Below are positions 24,441 to 35,527 of a stretch of 64,000 bases of DNA, piece after piece (the stretch's first letter is position 1; each line of letters begins with the position of its first letter). The notes beneath the pieces are model-generated. The model ran no database searches. It was not told the origin of the DNA and saw nothing but the letters and a program-made list of their open reading frames with translations. Made by a program: the position numbers and the translations under genes. The stretch spans positions 14,136,001 through 14,200,000 of the forward strand of contig NC_047072.1 of the NCBI RefSeq assembly GCF_902459465.1, written 5' to 3'. The DNA is from Asterias rubens (lineage: Eukaryota).

Positions 24441-25304
24441 AAGTACACGAAATATCACTTTCTGAAACTTTGCCAATTATTCTGACTAATTTTTCCCCTG
24501 CGTCTTTATTCCAGGCACCTACCTATCAGGTGATGAGACGCTTGACTATAAAGAAAATGATGCAAAGTCACCATGACAACGATGTACAGGACAGCCAATC
24601 GGATTTGAGAACTGGCGTGATCCCAGAGTGACTATAAAAAGCAATAACTTGGACCCCCTCCTTCCCAACGCAATATGACTTCGCTAGTTTGTGTGTTGCA
24701 CCATCCAAGGGACAAGTTGAGCGAACATTCTTGTTGCAGTTTTGTTCATGGTGAAAGATTTAAAAAAAAAAAATTTAAATAAATAAAAACTTAAATATGA
24801 TCCATTTATTGTGTTAATTTATTTGAAAGAAAACCTTTTATGGATAAGTTAACCAGCCTTAACAATAATTGACATGGTTTACAGTTAGCTATAGATTGGC
24901 AATTCAATAAATACAAGTGTCTTTACTTTTAAACACATTATTTACAATGTTTAGTGTTTATTTTTAATGTTTTGTGTTTTTATTCATAAAGAAATTTTTT
25001 AATGTTGTGGTAAATAAGATGCTCTGCAAATACAAAATGATTTATTATGCTGATCGAGACACTTGGTGAACAATGGGGAACAGTATCTGCATGTTAGCAG
25101 TGTAGACCTATCATAAAAAATAATGGATTTGTTCCATTATTGGAAGGTTATCATTAATTTGAAAAAAAAACACGCCCCTAGTAGCATTAGTGCCACTAAA
25201 TTGTGTTATTTTTCTGCTTTTTGTAATAAAGATATAAGTATGATTTCTCCAAAGTTTGGCGCTTCCAACATAATTATTTGTCAATACAGTCCCATTTTAA
25301 TCAA

Positions 25305-25673
25305 TTAAGGGCACTGGACACGTTTGGTAATTGTCAAAGACCAACCTTTTCACTAGGTGTATCCCAACATAAGCATAAAATAACAAGCTGTGAAAATTTG
25401 AGCTAAATTTTTCATCGAAGTTGCGAGAAAATGATGAAAGAAAAAACACCCTTGTTGGACGAATTCGTGTGCTTTCAGATAGGAATAAAAGACTTGTAGC
25501 CAGAAGTATTTTAGTGAGAAATTACTTCTTTCTCGAAATCTATGCTACTTCGGAGAGAGCCGTTTCTCACAATGTTTTATGCTATAAACAGCTCTCCAAA
25601 GATCGTTACCAAGTCAGTTTTTAAGTTTTAATATTTGTTTTGAGTAATTACCAAACGTGAACCTTCCCTTTAA
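25305..25673. mobile_element. Kolobok-type MITE family 1 (subfamily B)
   Basis: TTAA-GGGCACTGGACACGTTTGGTAATTG...AATTACCAAACGTGAACCTTCCCT-TTAA; 74 bp past the TRIM-NHL stop codon. Confidence 0.85.
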
Positions 25674-25746
25674 AGTCAATTTATTAATGGCTTATATAGA
25701 AGACGAAACGATCGTGACTATTGCGATGAGTTATTCGAAAGAAGTG

Positions 25747-27897
25747 CTATGGCATTTTCTGGTACTGTACAAGATAGGCCACAATTCTTGAATCCCCTTG
25801 GTAGCTCACAAAAACCTTTCCCCTCGTGGCACCAGATCCTGTAGTCGCAACCCCAACGGGACCGCCGTTGTGATGTGAGAATATACCCTTCCCATGCGCC
25901 TTGATGATCTGCCCTCCTGTCACCGGTCCGTCTTCTCTGCCGAAGACCAACACCGATTTGCCGTGGGAATCAAAGATCTGGACCCGTTGGTTTCCCGTGT
26001 CAGCTACTAGAACGAATCCACGGTCATCAATGGTTAACCCTTTGGGGTGGTTGAGCTGTCCTTGTCCACTCCCTTTAGACCCAATGGCTTTGATATATTT
26101 ACCAGACAGAGAGAATACCTAGGAGTAAAGCAAATTTTACATTTGAATTATTTCAGTAAGAAAAAGCTAAATCTATTGCCCAGGGCTAATTATAAACGAC
26201 CCCATTAAAAAGGAAAAATCAAAAAAATTTTAAAATAATGTGCAAGTATAGTTCATTAATGTTTATGAAAACTGCAGGAACTTTCATAATTATACGTCAA
26301 ACAAATTTATGAAACTATTTTTTTTGTGATGGGTTAATAATGGTCGTACCTGTATACGATTATTATTGGTGTCCGTCACCCACAGTCGGTTTTCTGGGCT
26401 AATGGCCAAAGAGTGCGGGTGGAGGAACTGCCCAGGCCCCCTTCCTCGCTCCCCAATCTGCCCGACGAGTGTGCCGTCGGTACGGTACATGACCACTGAA
26501 TGGGTCTCATCACAACAGATGTACAACGTGTCCGAATCAGAATCGAGGGCAATACCGATTGGTCGATGACCAGCACACGTGATGGTGTTAACATCTTCAC
26601 CAGTGTCAATGTCAAGGACCACAACGCATGCACTGTCCTTGTCCGTGACGTAAAGATGACGATGTGGCAAATCAACACACACTGCTTGAGGGTTGCCGAA
26701 ATTAGAGAAGATCCCATCGTGTGTGAGGAGCCGTCTTGGAGACAACCCCGAAGATGTACACAGTCTGATACAACCATTTACTGAGTCAGTGACAGCGACA
26801 AGGTTGTCTCGGACAACACCCAAACCAGCTGGACCACCGTTCGGTCGCTTCTTAACACCTTGAAACCAACTTTTCCCGAACACTTTCATCTTGTGTATAT
26901 CCCCGTACTGCCGGATTTTCTTAGGAACTTGATCCATGCCAAAGAATTTAGGATTATACGACGGAAGAGCCACAGAACTTTTACGACTGCAAATTGTAGA
27001 GTTACTGTCAGTAGAGCTTCTCCTTGATCTTAACGGAGGCACGTAGCCGATGGGAGGGAGATTCTGTGACCGTTCAAATTTTCTCATCAGATCGTCCTCC
27101 ATATACGCCTGGACGGCAACATCGATTCCATAGAACGTCTTCGGCGGGCGATGGGCATCCGTTGCCTTGATGATCTTTAAGGGCATCTTTGCAGTCTGTT
27201 CACATACGCTATTCAACAGCTTGCTGGTCTGATGTGAAATTGCCGCACACTGTCCCCTCATGTGACCCAACTCTTCTCTATCAGGGTGATTTTCAAAGTC
27301 TTGTAATCTGCTCTCCACAAATGAGCAGTACTCTCCGGCCCGGTTATACTCACACATAGCCCGTGCTTGGATAGCTGCGGTTTCCTCCTTTAAAAACTCG
27401 TCCAGCTTCTGATGCAAGAGTCTTCTTCGCCTTCTCAGTAGGGTCACAGCACTCTCAATCTGTTTCCCGTTACTTATCCCAGCAATGTCCTCCCCTGAAG
27501 ACTGCTGGACTCGGTCCCACAAATCAACACACTTGTTGAAATCATTCACGTTTGCCCTAAGCCGATGGAATTCTGCTTTGAGTGACATTAGTTCACCTGA
27601 GTTGTCGCCCGGTCGGGCTTCCTGTATCCCAAGTAACCACCGCTCTTCCAGCTCAAGTAGGGCGGCAATCTTGGTATCATCTGGGAAACTTTCGCCTGTG
27701 GTCGGTAACTGATGGCTAGATATACACTCTGGGCATACGATCTCACCACTGCTGCTGAGTCCTTCTAGACAAGCACAGCAGAATGTGTGATGACACGGGA
27801 GGATCTTAGGAGTATGGAACCGCTCCCGGCATATACCACATCTGATGATCCTGGTTAGGCCTTCTTCCATCACACGGTGATATTCACTGGAACTCAT
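25747..27897 (-). CDS. RING-coiled coil-NHL repeat protein (TRIM-NHL / TRIM2/3 / nhl-1-like), 639 aa, coding exons 27897-26350 and 26118-25747
   Basis: C3HC4 RING CGIC...PCHHTFCCAC...CPEC. NHL repeats GPGQFLHPHSLAI..LWVTDTNNNRIQ|VF and GQLNHPKGLTIDDRGFVLVADTGNQRVQIFD are joined by a phase-0 GT-AG intron. A UTR acceptor lies at 27914. Confidence 0.9.
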
Positions 27898-30040
27898 CTT
27901 CACAGTCTTATGGTCTAAAACAAGGAAACAAATAATCACACAAACAAAGCAGAAAAGTCAATACGGCACTGAATTTATAAAGTGGCATTGACTTTAATTT
28001 TTGGGTACAAGTTTTTTCTTACGACAGTTGGTTTGCCGAACATTCCTGAAATGAAGACAGCTTTTTCATATTAAAAGTTATTGGCTGGTCAACTTTTGAT
28101 TGCAGAGCTAAGACCTAACACACACACAATTGCCATGCTATTCTTATAACTATTGTTTCGCCAAATTTTTATAATTTTTTTAAATAATGTCCTAAAACTT
28201 CATTACATTGTTCCATTTTACCCCCTTGTTCTAATAATTATGCAATAATTTCATTTAATTTCATTTTCATTTATTAATTTCACAGGTAAAAATGCAAGTA
28301 CAGACAATAAGAACAGTAACAAAACAAAAACATGTACATACAATAATTAGAGAGAGAAAAAAGAAAAAAAGTAGCACCCCTGATGGATTTTTAAAAAGTA
28401 AACTAAATATTACTATCGAGTTAATCTCCTGATGACCCATTATGGGTCACAGTGTAAAGCAAAGTCGTATCTCATCATCAACAAATAAGATGATTTCATT
28501 GTCAAAAAATGATTGTTTGTCAGAACGCCAGCTTTCTATGCCATATTTTTTAATCGATGTTAAAAATGTGTTCCACTAGTTAATATTGTATATTGTAGCT
28601 CATGGGCAAACGGCGCTTTACAGATGGCGGGGTGTGACTATTGAAATCAGTACAATTGGGGCCGCAGGTTGACGTCCTCGAACTTTGTGTAAAACCTGCT
28701 GCCAATTAGGCCTATTATAAAACAAACGAGCTGATGCTTTTAGAACAATTGGTTTAAAATATTATTCTATCTGGTTCCCTGAACTGCCGAAGGCGGTTTT
28801 AATGAGTTATTAATGAAAACTATCTGTAAAAGGTTGATTTGAATTATTCGGTCATTGTTAGGTTTGGTTCAGAGAAAAGAACATTTCCCGATACGGGTTG
28901 TCTTTTTTCTTTTTTGGATAAAGGGTCACGCTTTTTATATGGCAATGAAACAAACAAGGAAAATTAATTATCCTACCTTAATATGCGTATCGTCACTCAC
29001 CGAAAGTTACAGGTGGCTCTTTAAAGATACTTTGAACAAATGATGATATTGCAATCCTAGATTCACATAATATTATTATTAAAATAAGCACCAGGCATTG
29101 TACCCATATCCATCTCAGCTCATTCCAAAACATAACATGATCAACTTATAGTTGTATTATTATAGGTTCCTCATGGTATGCACGTACAGGCGAAACTACC
29201 TGACGTCAGGCATTGGAAGATAATTTATTCATAAAAACCGATAACAATAGAGAAATAATATAGACGGAATTGTGCACATGTGTCTCTATTGTTCAGCAGT
29301 TCATGCTTACATATGCCAGCGAGGTCAGGTGTGTCTAATTTGTTTTTACATGCTACTTAATTTATTTCAATCGATTCCTCCCGTGCGTGGGCAAGGATGA
29401 TAATAACAAGTGGCCACGAAATGTGTGAAAGAGTCTGATAAAACGATTTAGTTTTATTTTGAGTCAGATTTTATAGGTTATAAGTCCTAATCGAAGATAA
29501 TAATAGGCATGAAGAGGAGAAAAAACAATGGTGATTGTATCAATTGCAATGTTGTTATCGATCAGTTATTCAATTCGCATTGAACATTTTGGGAACGTGA
29601 AGCATAACCCCTATAGGCCTATATAAAACAGTTATGACAATTTAAACGCACAAGCAAATATTATACGGTTTTCCTTTTGCAAAATAAAAATTGGTTGATG
29701 GTGGGGGTTCCCCCTTCCTTACCCCCCCCCCCCCCCCCCCCAACCCGGGCCCACGCTTCCACCCACATGGCCGGGCTGCCATACCCTCTCAAAACTAAGG
29801 GCCAACCGAAATATGCCTCAAGTTCTGCTTTAAAACAATTTGTTTCAATGTCTGATATTCCAAATGAGGTTCCAAAATCAGAAAAAAATCGATGTAACAC
29901 TGAACACTGGCACGGGCGGCCGCTCGCATACGAACACGTGCCGTGCAGAGACCCGTAAAAGAACTTAAACAAGTCTATGCGCACCGTCCTAGTTTTGTCA
30001 ACAGAGGGCAGTCATCAACTTTACATTAAACTCGTGCAAA

Positions 30041-33000
30041 ATGGCAGACGAAGAAGATGTCGACAAGTAAGTATTGCAATTTACACAAATTGTCATTTGT
30101 TTTTAGTTGAAGAATCGGGGTGATAAACTTGGAATTGTTTTGTTTATTCGTGGGTGGGTGTTTTTCGAACAACTGTTGTGATTGAACAATACACTAACTA
30201 ACTATGCTAACAGTGTTAACACCATCCACTAGCTAGGACTAGAGGCTAGTACTTAGTAGAGCATGGCTAGAGAGTGACTAAACTAAGCCGCATGTGCCAT
30301 GTGCCTTTGTGGGGCCAATGTCACACACACCATGGTTTTCCTTCCTCCATGCACACACAACATGCTAAGTACCATCAGGGAGCACAGAGAGGTAGTCTAT
30401 TTCTACCTCCATGCCATGATGCTACAAAACTACTCCTAGAATTATGCGGTTTCGTTCCGCTATTGTCTCCCGTAACCTCACGTGACGACAGTGCGCAGAT
30501 TTTTTTCTCCAGGACAAATGTTGAGAATAATCTGCACACGTTTGCCTGGAATGAAAAATACCTGATCTGTGCTTTAAGTTCAAAACATATGGACACGTGT
30601 CTGGGAACCACGAAGAGTGTGTTCCCAGACGCGTGTCCATATGTTTTGTACACAAAGAGCCTAATTTTGGTTACTGTTTTAGAGCAGTTTTTATATATAC
30701 TATTACTAATCAAAGAGATTCTCCCTTCATGACATACAGTTTTGATGATGGATTTGACGATGATGTTGATGATGAGCAGTTGGAAGACATGCAAGATGGA
30801 GAGGTAAATAAATCCAAGGTTCAGTTATTTATTATTTAAGAATAAACTATAATTAATAGTAAACTTACGGGTACAACCAGATGTAATAATCCTCGTTTGT
30901 CTTTGAGGGAGTGTTGGCTCTGAAAAGAGCCAGTTTAGTATCAATGTTTCGAACAGTATACTCGTTTTCAGGAGACAGCATACTGTGCGAAATGTCGAAA
31001 CCAAAACGGCTCTTTTCAGAGCGACCATTGGTTGTACTTGCAACTTTAATACTATTATTTATAGTGTATTCTCATCCTTCTCACAATGCAAAGTTTCAAA
31101 CATCACTTGTTTATTATTTAATCTATCATATTCACACAGATTATTGTATTTATTTTTATTTAATTGAATAGAGGATGGGGTTTGATGGAGCTAAATTTAA
31201 TACATATTGTTTGCAATGCAAGTTTGCTCCAAACACTTAAAGAAAACAAAACATTTCAAAATACAACAGTGTATGTTCCCAACTTTATTGTTGAAACTTT
31301 AGTTGACAACACTTAAGGTAGTAGGCCTTTTTAGCCGAACATATTCAGTTATGGCATGCCCCACTAGAAATCGGACAGTTTAAAACTTAGTCACACAAGC
31401 ACTATGATTGAAGGATGTTTTTATTATCTGGGTACGCAGTATCTTTCCTTCACTATCTTCCATTGTATTCATTTAAACTCGTTGTTGGATTGTAACGTGT
31501 TCAGGAAGAAGGAGGTGAAAATATTGAGGTCCTCCCTGCCGGTGAAGGACAGCAACAGACAGAGAAAATCACAACACCTTATATGACCAAATATGAACGA
31601 GCCAGAGTGCTAGGAACAAGAGCATTGCAAATAGCGTAAGTACTCTTGTATATTTGCACATAAAAATAATTTCTTATTAAAGGATTTGGGTATTTTTTTT
31701 GTATAACATAAAACACAATATCCACAGATTTACATTAAACTTACACAGTTTGAAGGTAATGATAGTAGAAAGCTTCCCTAGAAATATTAGTTGCTGAGTT
31801 GCTGTAGTTTTTGAGAAATGAGTAAACAATGTCAGGAAAATACGTTTTACATGCTAAAATCATTTTTGAGACGAAAACTATTTTCATTACATTGTTGTAC
31901 TCATTTTTCTAAAACTACAGCACCTCAGCAAGTAGTATTTTCAGGGAAGCTTTCTACCATCATTATCTTCAAACAGTGAATGTTCAAAAGTTGAATGTAA
32001 ATCTCTGGACATTGTATTTTTTGTCTTACAAAAAGTACCCAGACCCTTTAAAGATAAAGTTGTGGCCAAGAGGTAAAGTTCTGGTGTTGTTAGAGTGTGG
32101 GTTTGGTCCTGGTCATGTCACTTGTGTCCTTGAGCAAGACACTTAACCATGTTTGGTTGTTCCTTGGATGGGATACAAAGCCATATTTTATATACATGTA
32201 CCCCAGTGTTTCTGGCTTGGATGGCTGCAGACCATACTGCACTGCATCACCTTGTAAACCCTCACAAGGAAGATTGTATGTTACATTTTTTTTTAACCAA
32301 ATATTTCATGCAAAATTCTTGTTAACTAATTTTATTGTTCAGGACACCATAACGGACAGCTAAACGATCATGCTTCTCTTTCGCTATGTGGGCCAGAATC
32401 AAAAAAGATATCTAATTAAGCTTCAAAATCAAGTCTTTGTACACATTTTGTTTTGACCTTTCTTTTGTTGATAAACAAACCATCTTGGTTGGCAATGGTC
32501 GGCCGAATGTTAGTAAAACACTTAAAGCCATTGGACCCTTTCAGTAAACAGTATTGTCAAAGGCTCACACTTCGTGTATCACAACTTCTATATCAAATAA
32601 CAAACCTGTGAAAATTTAGGCTCAATTGGTCATCGGAGATCGGGAGAAAATAACGGGAAAACCCACCCTTGTATCCGCACGTTTCGCCGTGTCATGACAT
32701 GTGTTTAAAATAAATCCGTAATTCTCGTTATCGAGAATTGACATTGTTTTACTGTTTTCTCAAAAAGTAAAGCATTTCATGAGATAATATTTCAAGAGAA
32801 GTCTTTCACCACTACCTTCTGTAAACCCTGTAAGTTATTTGTAAATCTGTGAACTTTTTTTTTTTTTCCCTGTACCGAAAGGGTCCAATGGCTTTAATCG
32901 TAAAAACAGATGTATTAACAAAATTCAACATTCTCTGCAAACTTTCATTTAAATAAAATACCTCTCATAATTAGTTGTTTTGTTAAATAAAATCAACAAA

Positions 33001-33367
33001 TTTTGTTACATTGTTACAAAAAATAACGATCTTTTCTTGATTCTGGTTATTAGAATTGAAAGATTTTGTTAGATTTAGAAAGTTACTATCTAAAGTACCA
33101 AAGGGGATCAACTTTCCCTGCCATTCAAGAGGAATAATTGGTTTCTGTTCACAGATAATCTTTAATGATAAAGTTGTTTTATTTTCCTTGCTCTCTTCTA
33201 GGATGAATGCCCCAGTCATGGTGGAGTTGGAAGGTGAGACAGACCCTCTTCAGATTGCAATGAAGGAGCTGAAGGCAAGAAAGATTCCCATCATTATCAG
33301 ACGTTACCTTCCCGATGGAAGCTTTGAGGACTGGGGGATTGATGAGCTCATCATTGACACATCTTAG
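30041..33367 (+). CDS. POLR2F: DNA-directed RNA polymerases I, II and III subunit RPABC2 (RPB6), 128 aa; exons 30041-30066, 30740-30803, 31505-31635, 33202-33367
   Basis: Acidic N-terminus followed by [72 protein letters not shown]; phases are consistent (387 nt). Confidence 0.98.
31677..32051 (+). mobile_element. Kolobok-type MITE family 2
   Basis: TTAA-AGGATTTGGGTA...AAAAGTACCCAGACCCT-TTAA in POLR2F intron 3. Confidence 0.85.
32061..32210 (+). mobile_element. tRNA-derived SINE, degraded
   Basis: TGTGGCCAAGAGG A-box-like, GGGTTTGGTCC B-box-like, then CACTTGTGTCCTTGAGCAAGACACTTAACC. Confidence 0.6.
32522..32897. mobile_element. Kolobok-type MITE family 3
   Basis: Perfect TIR TTAA-AGCCATTGGACCCTTTC...GAAAGGGTCCAATGGCT-TTAA. 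Confidence 0.9.
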
Positions 33368-33425
33368 AATGGACTGAAGAAACACTGACTTTAGAATAAG
33401 AAATCACTCCTTCAAAATATCCTGG

Positions 33426-33593
33426 CAGGCCTGGAATTTCATCTTTGAGAGAGTAAGGCCCTTTTTCATTTTGAAAATGGCATTTGCATTTGGAAATCTT
33501 GAAATCTATTGGAAAATTTAGAAGGGGCACCAAGGCCAAGACAAGGGCAACAGAGGATATGGTCTCTGTGGTCTCCGTGTAGTTCCAGGCCTG
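33426..33593 (+). mobile_element. 168-bp MITE, TIR CAGGCCTGGAA, 6-bp TSD (hAT-like)
   Basis: tcctgg|CAGGCCTGGAA...TTCCAGGCCTG|tcctgg, 58 bp after the POLR2F stop codon. Confidence 0.75.
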
Positions 33594-34509
33594 TCCTGGC
33601 GTTTTAAACAGGAGAGCTGACCACAATGAATAGTCGCACACTCTTGGATGGCTGGCTTTATTGTTATGTTGTAAAGGCGATAAATCATGGTCTGTTTTTA
33701 CATATGAAGAGGTGACCTTTGCAAGAAGGGGAGGGGTAGTGTGATTGGGGTGTCATAATTCTTCTCTAAACTCCCCCGAGAAACTTCAGTTACCCCCATA
33801 CAGTTCCTATCTCAGTTCTTCTGTCATTTGTCAATTTGAAGCACAATGAGATGCTTGTGTGAGCGGCAAGTCTAACCACTTTACTATGTACTGAATGGTT
33901 CCGGTCACTTGCACGGAACACTGTTATTCTGCATGTTAAGACATTTTACTTTCCTACAATGTGAACTCTTTATAATGCTGGTTTGAAAATAATATTGTAC
34001 AATGTTGTTGGATTTTATCTTTTTATAGCATTAATTTTTCCCTTGAAATAAAGACTAAAGTCTAGCTTATATAAGTTTGGTCAGAATGGTGTTATACATA
34101 ATTTATAGCCTCCTGAATTATGTATTTACCCCCCCCATGAAAATGTCTGGTTACACCACTGTTTATGATTGAAGATAACAATGGCAATTGTCTCCATGCC
34201 CCTGCCTCCCTGGCCATTGCTTCCATTGCCCTCGCAATTTTTCGAATCGAATTCAAGTTATGGGCATGCCCACTTCTTCTTTTTTTTCTAGTAAAGAAAG
34301 ACTAAAAATCATTCATCATTATTTTGCTGCAAAGCAAATATAAATTTCAGACTTCAATAATCCTTTCAAACACAACTTCAATGAGTGGACGTCAATATAA
34401 AATGTATTTTATTTGAACAGCCATAAAACAAGTTAATAATGATGACGTCAGAATTGTACACAATGAAAATTCACTATGTAGAAAATTCACTATGTAGAAA
34501 CTTGACAAT

Positions 34510-34844
34510 GTAAAGGGCTTGGGTACTTTTTGTAACACAAAACACAATGTCCACAGATTTACGTTAAACTTGCATCGTTTGAAGATAATGATACTGATAG
34601 TATAAAGCATACCTTATAATTATTAGCCGAGGTGCTGTAGGTGTTCAGATATGAGTAAAGCACTATCACAAACAATGCTTTACATGCTAAAATAATTTGT
34701 GTCTTTTGTTTTACTCATTTCTCAAAAAACTACTGCACCTCAGCAAGTATTATTTAAGGGAAACTTTCTACCATCATTATTTTCAAAACGTAAATTTGTG
34801 GACATTGTGTTTTGTGTCCCACAAAAAGTACCCAGACTCTTTAA
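34510..34844 (+). mobile_element. Kolobok-type MITE family 2
   Basis: gtaa-AGGGCTTGGGTACTTTTT...AAAAAGTACCCAGACTCT-TTAA. Confidence 0.8.
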
Positions 34845-35527
34845 AAGGCAAACTTCAACACAAACATTTTTTCTTTGGACCAAAATCGTAACAGTTTTTT
34901 TTAGGAATATCAATAAGTTACTTGAATCTAAAAAAAAAAACTCTAATTGCCCAAGATTGTTTCAAATACGCAGATGATCAGCCAAAATACTTCTCATGGG
35001 CCGGGTGACGAAATCACACTTACTAAAAAAAACAAGGGGGCAGAGAAAATCTACTTCCTTTTTCCATATATATATTACACAAAATAAATTATATACACAG
35101 TGAAATGCATATTAACTAATCTTTTCTGAATTAAAACACTAAACTTCTCAATCCAAAGAATTTCATAAGTTGGTTCATATTTCTGAGAATCCAATAAGTC
35201 AACCTTGAGTGTCTCCTCGAAGGAAAATGTTGTCAAATAAATTGTGTCATTATTTCCCACAGAAGAACAATGTAATACAAATTTAGGAAAACACGTGATA
35301 AAGTTTTCAAAAACAGATTGTTAATCTTTTACAAAGCATTGTACAAAAATGTTAACAGTTAACACAGCCGCAAAGCCGAAATGTGTTGCTTTTCAGCAAA
35401 CTTCCCAAAAAACTTGTGTGGTAGCCTAAAAGTAACTCCTGCTTAGCGATGTTATCAGGTCAGGTAACTGTCGGTATGACATTCCTTGCATGGAATAATG
35501 GTGAGGTCGATAAGTCAGCTAGAATAT

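Noticed and set aside
29661-29984. Poly-Pro and poly-Gly ORFs upstream of POLR2F
   Set aside because: They are artefacts of the poly-C tract in the promoter region.
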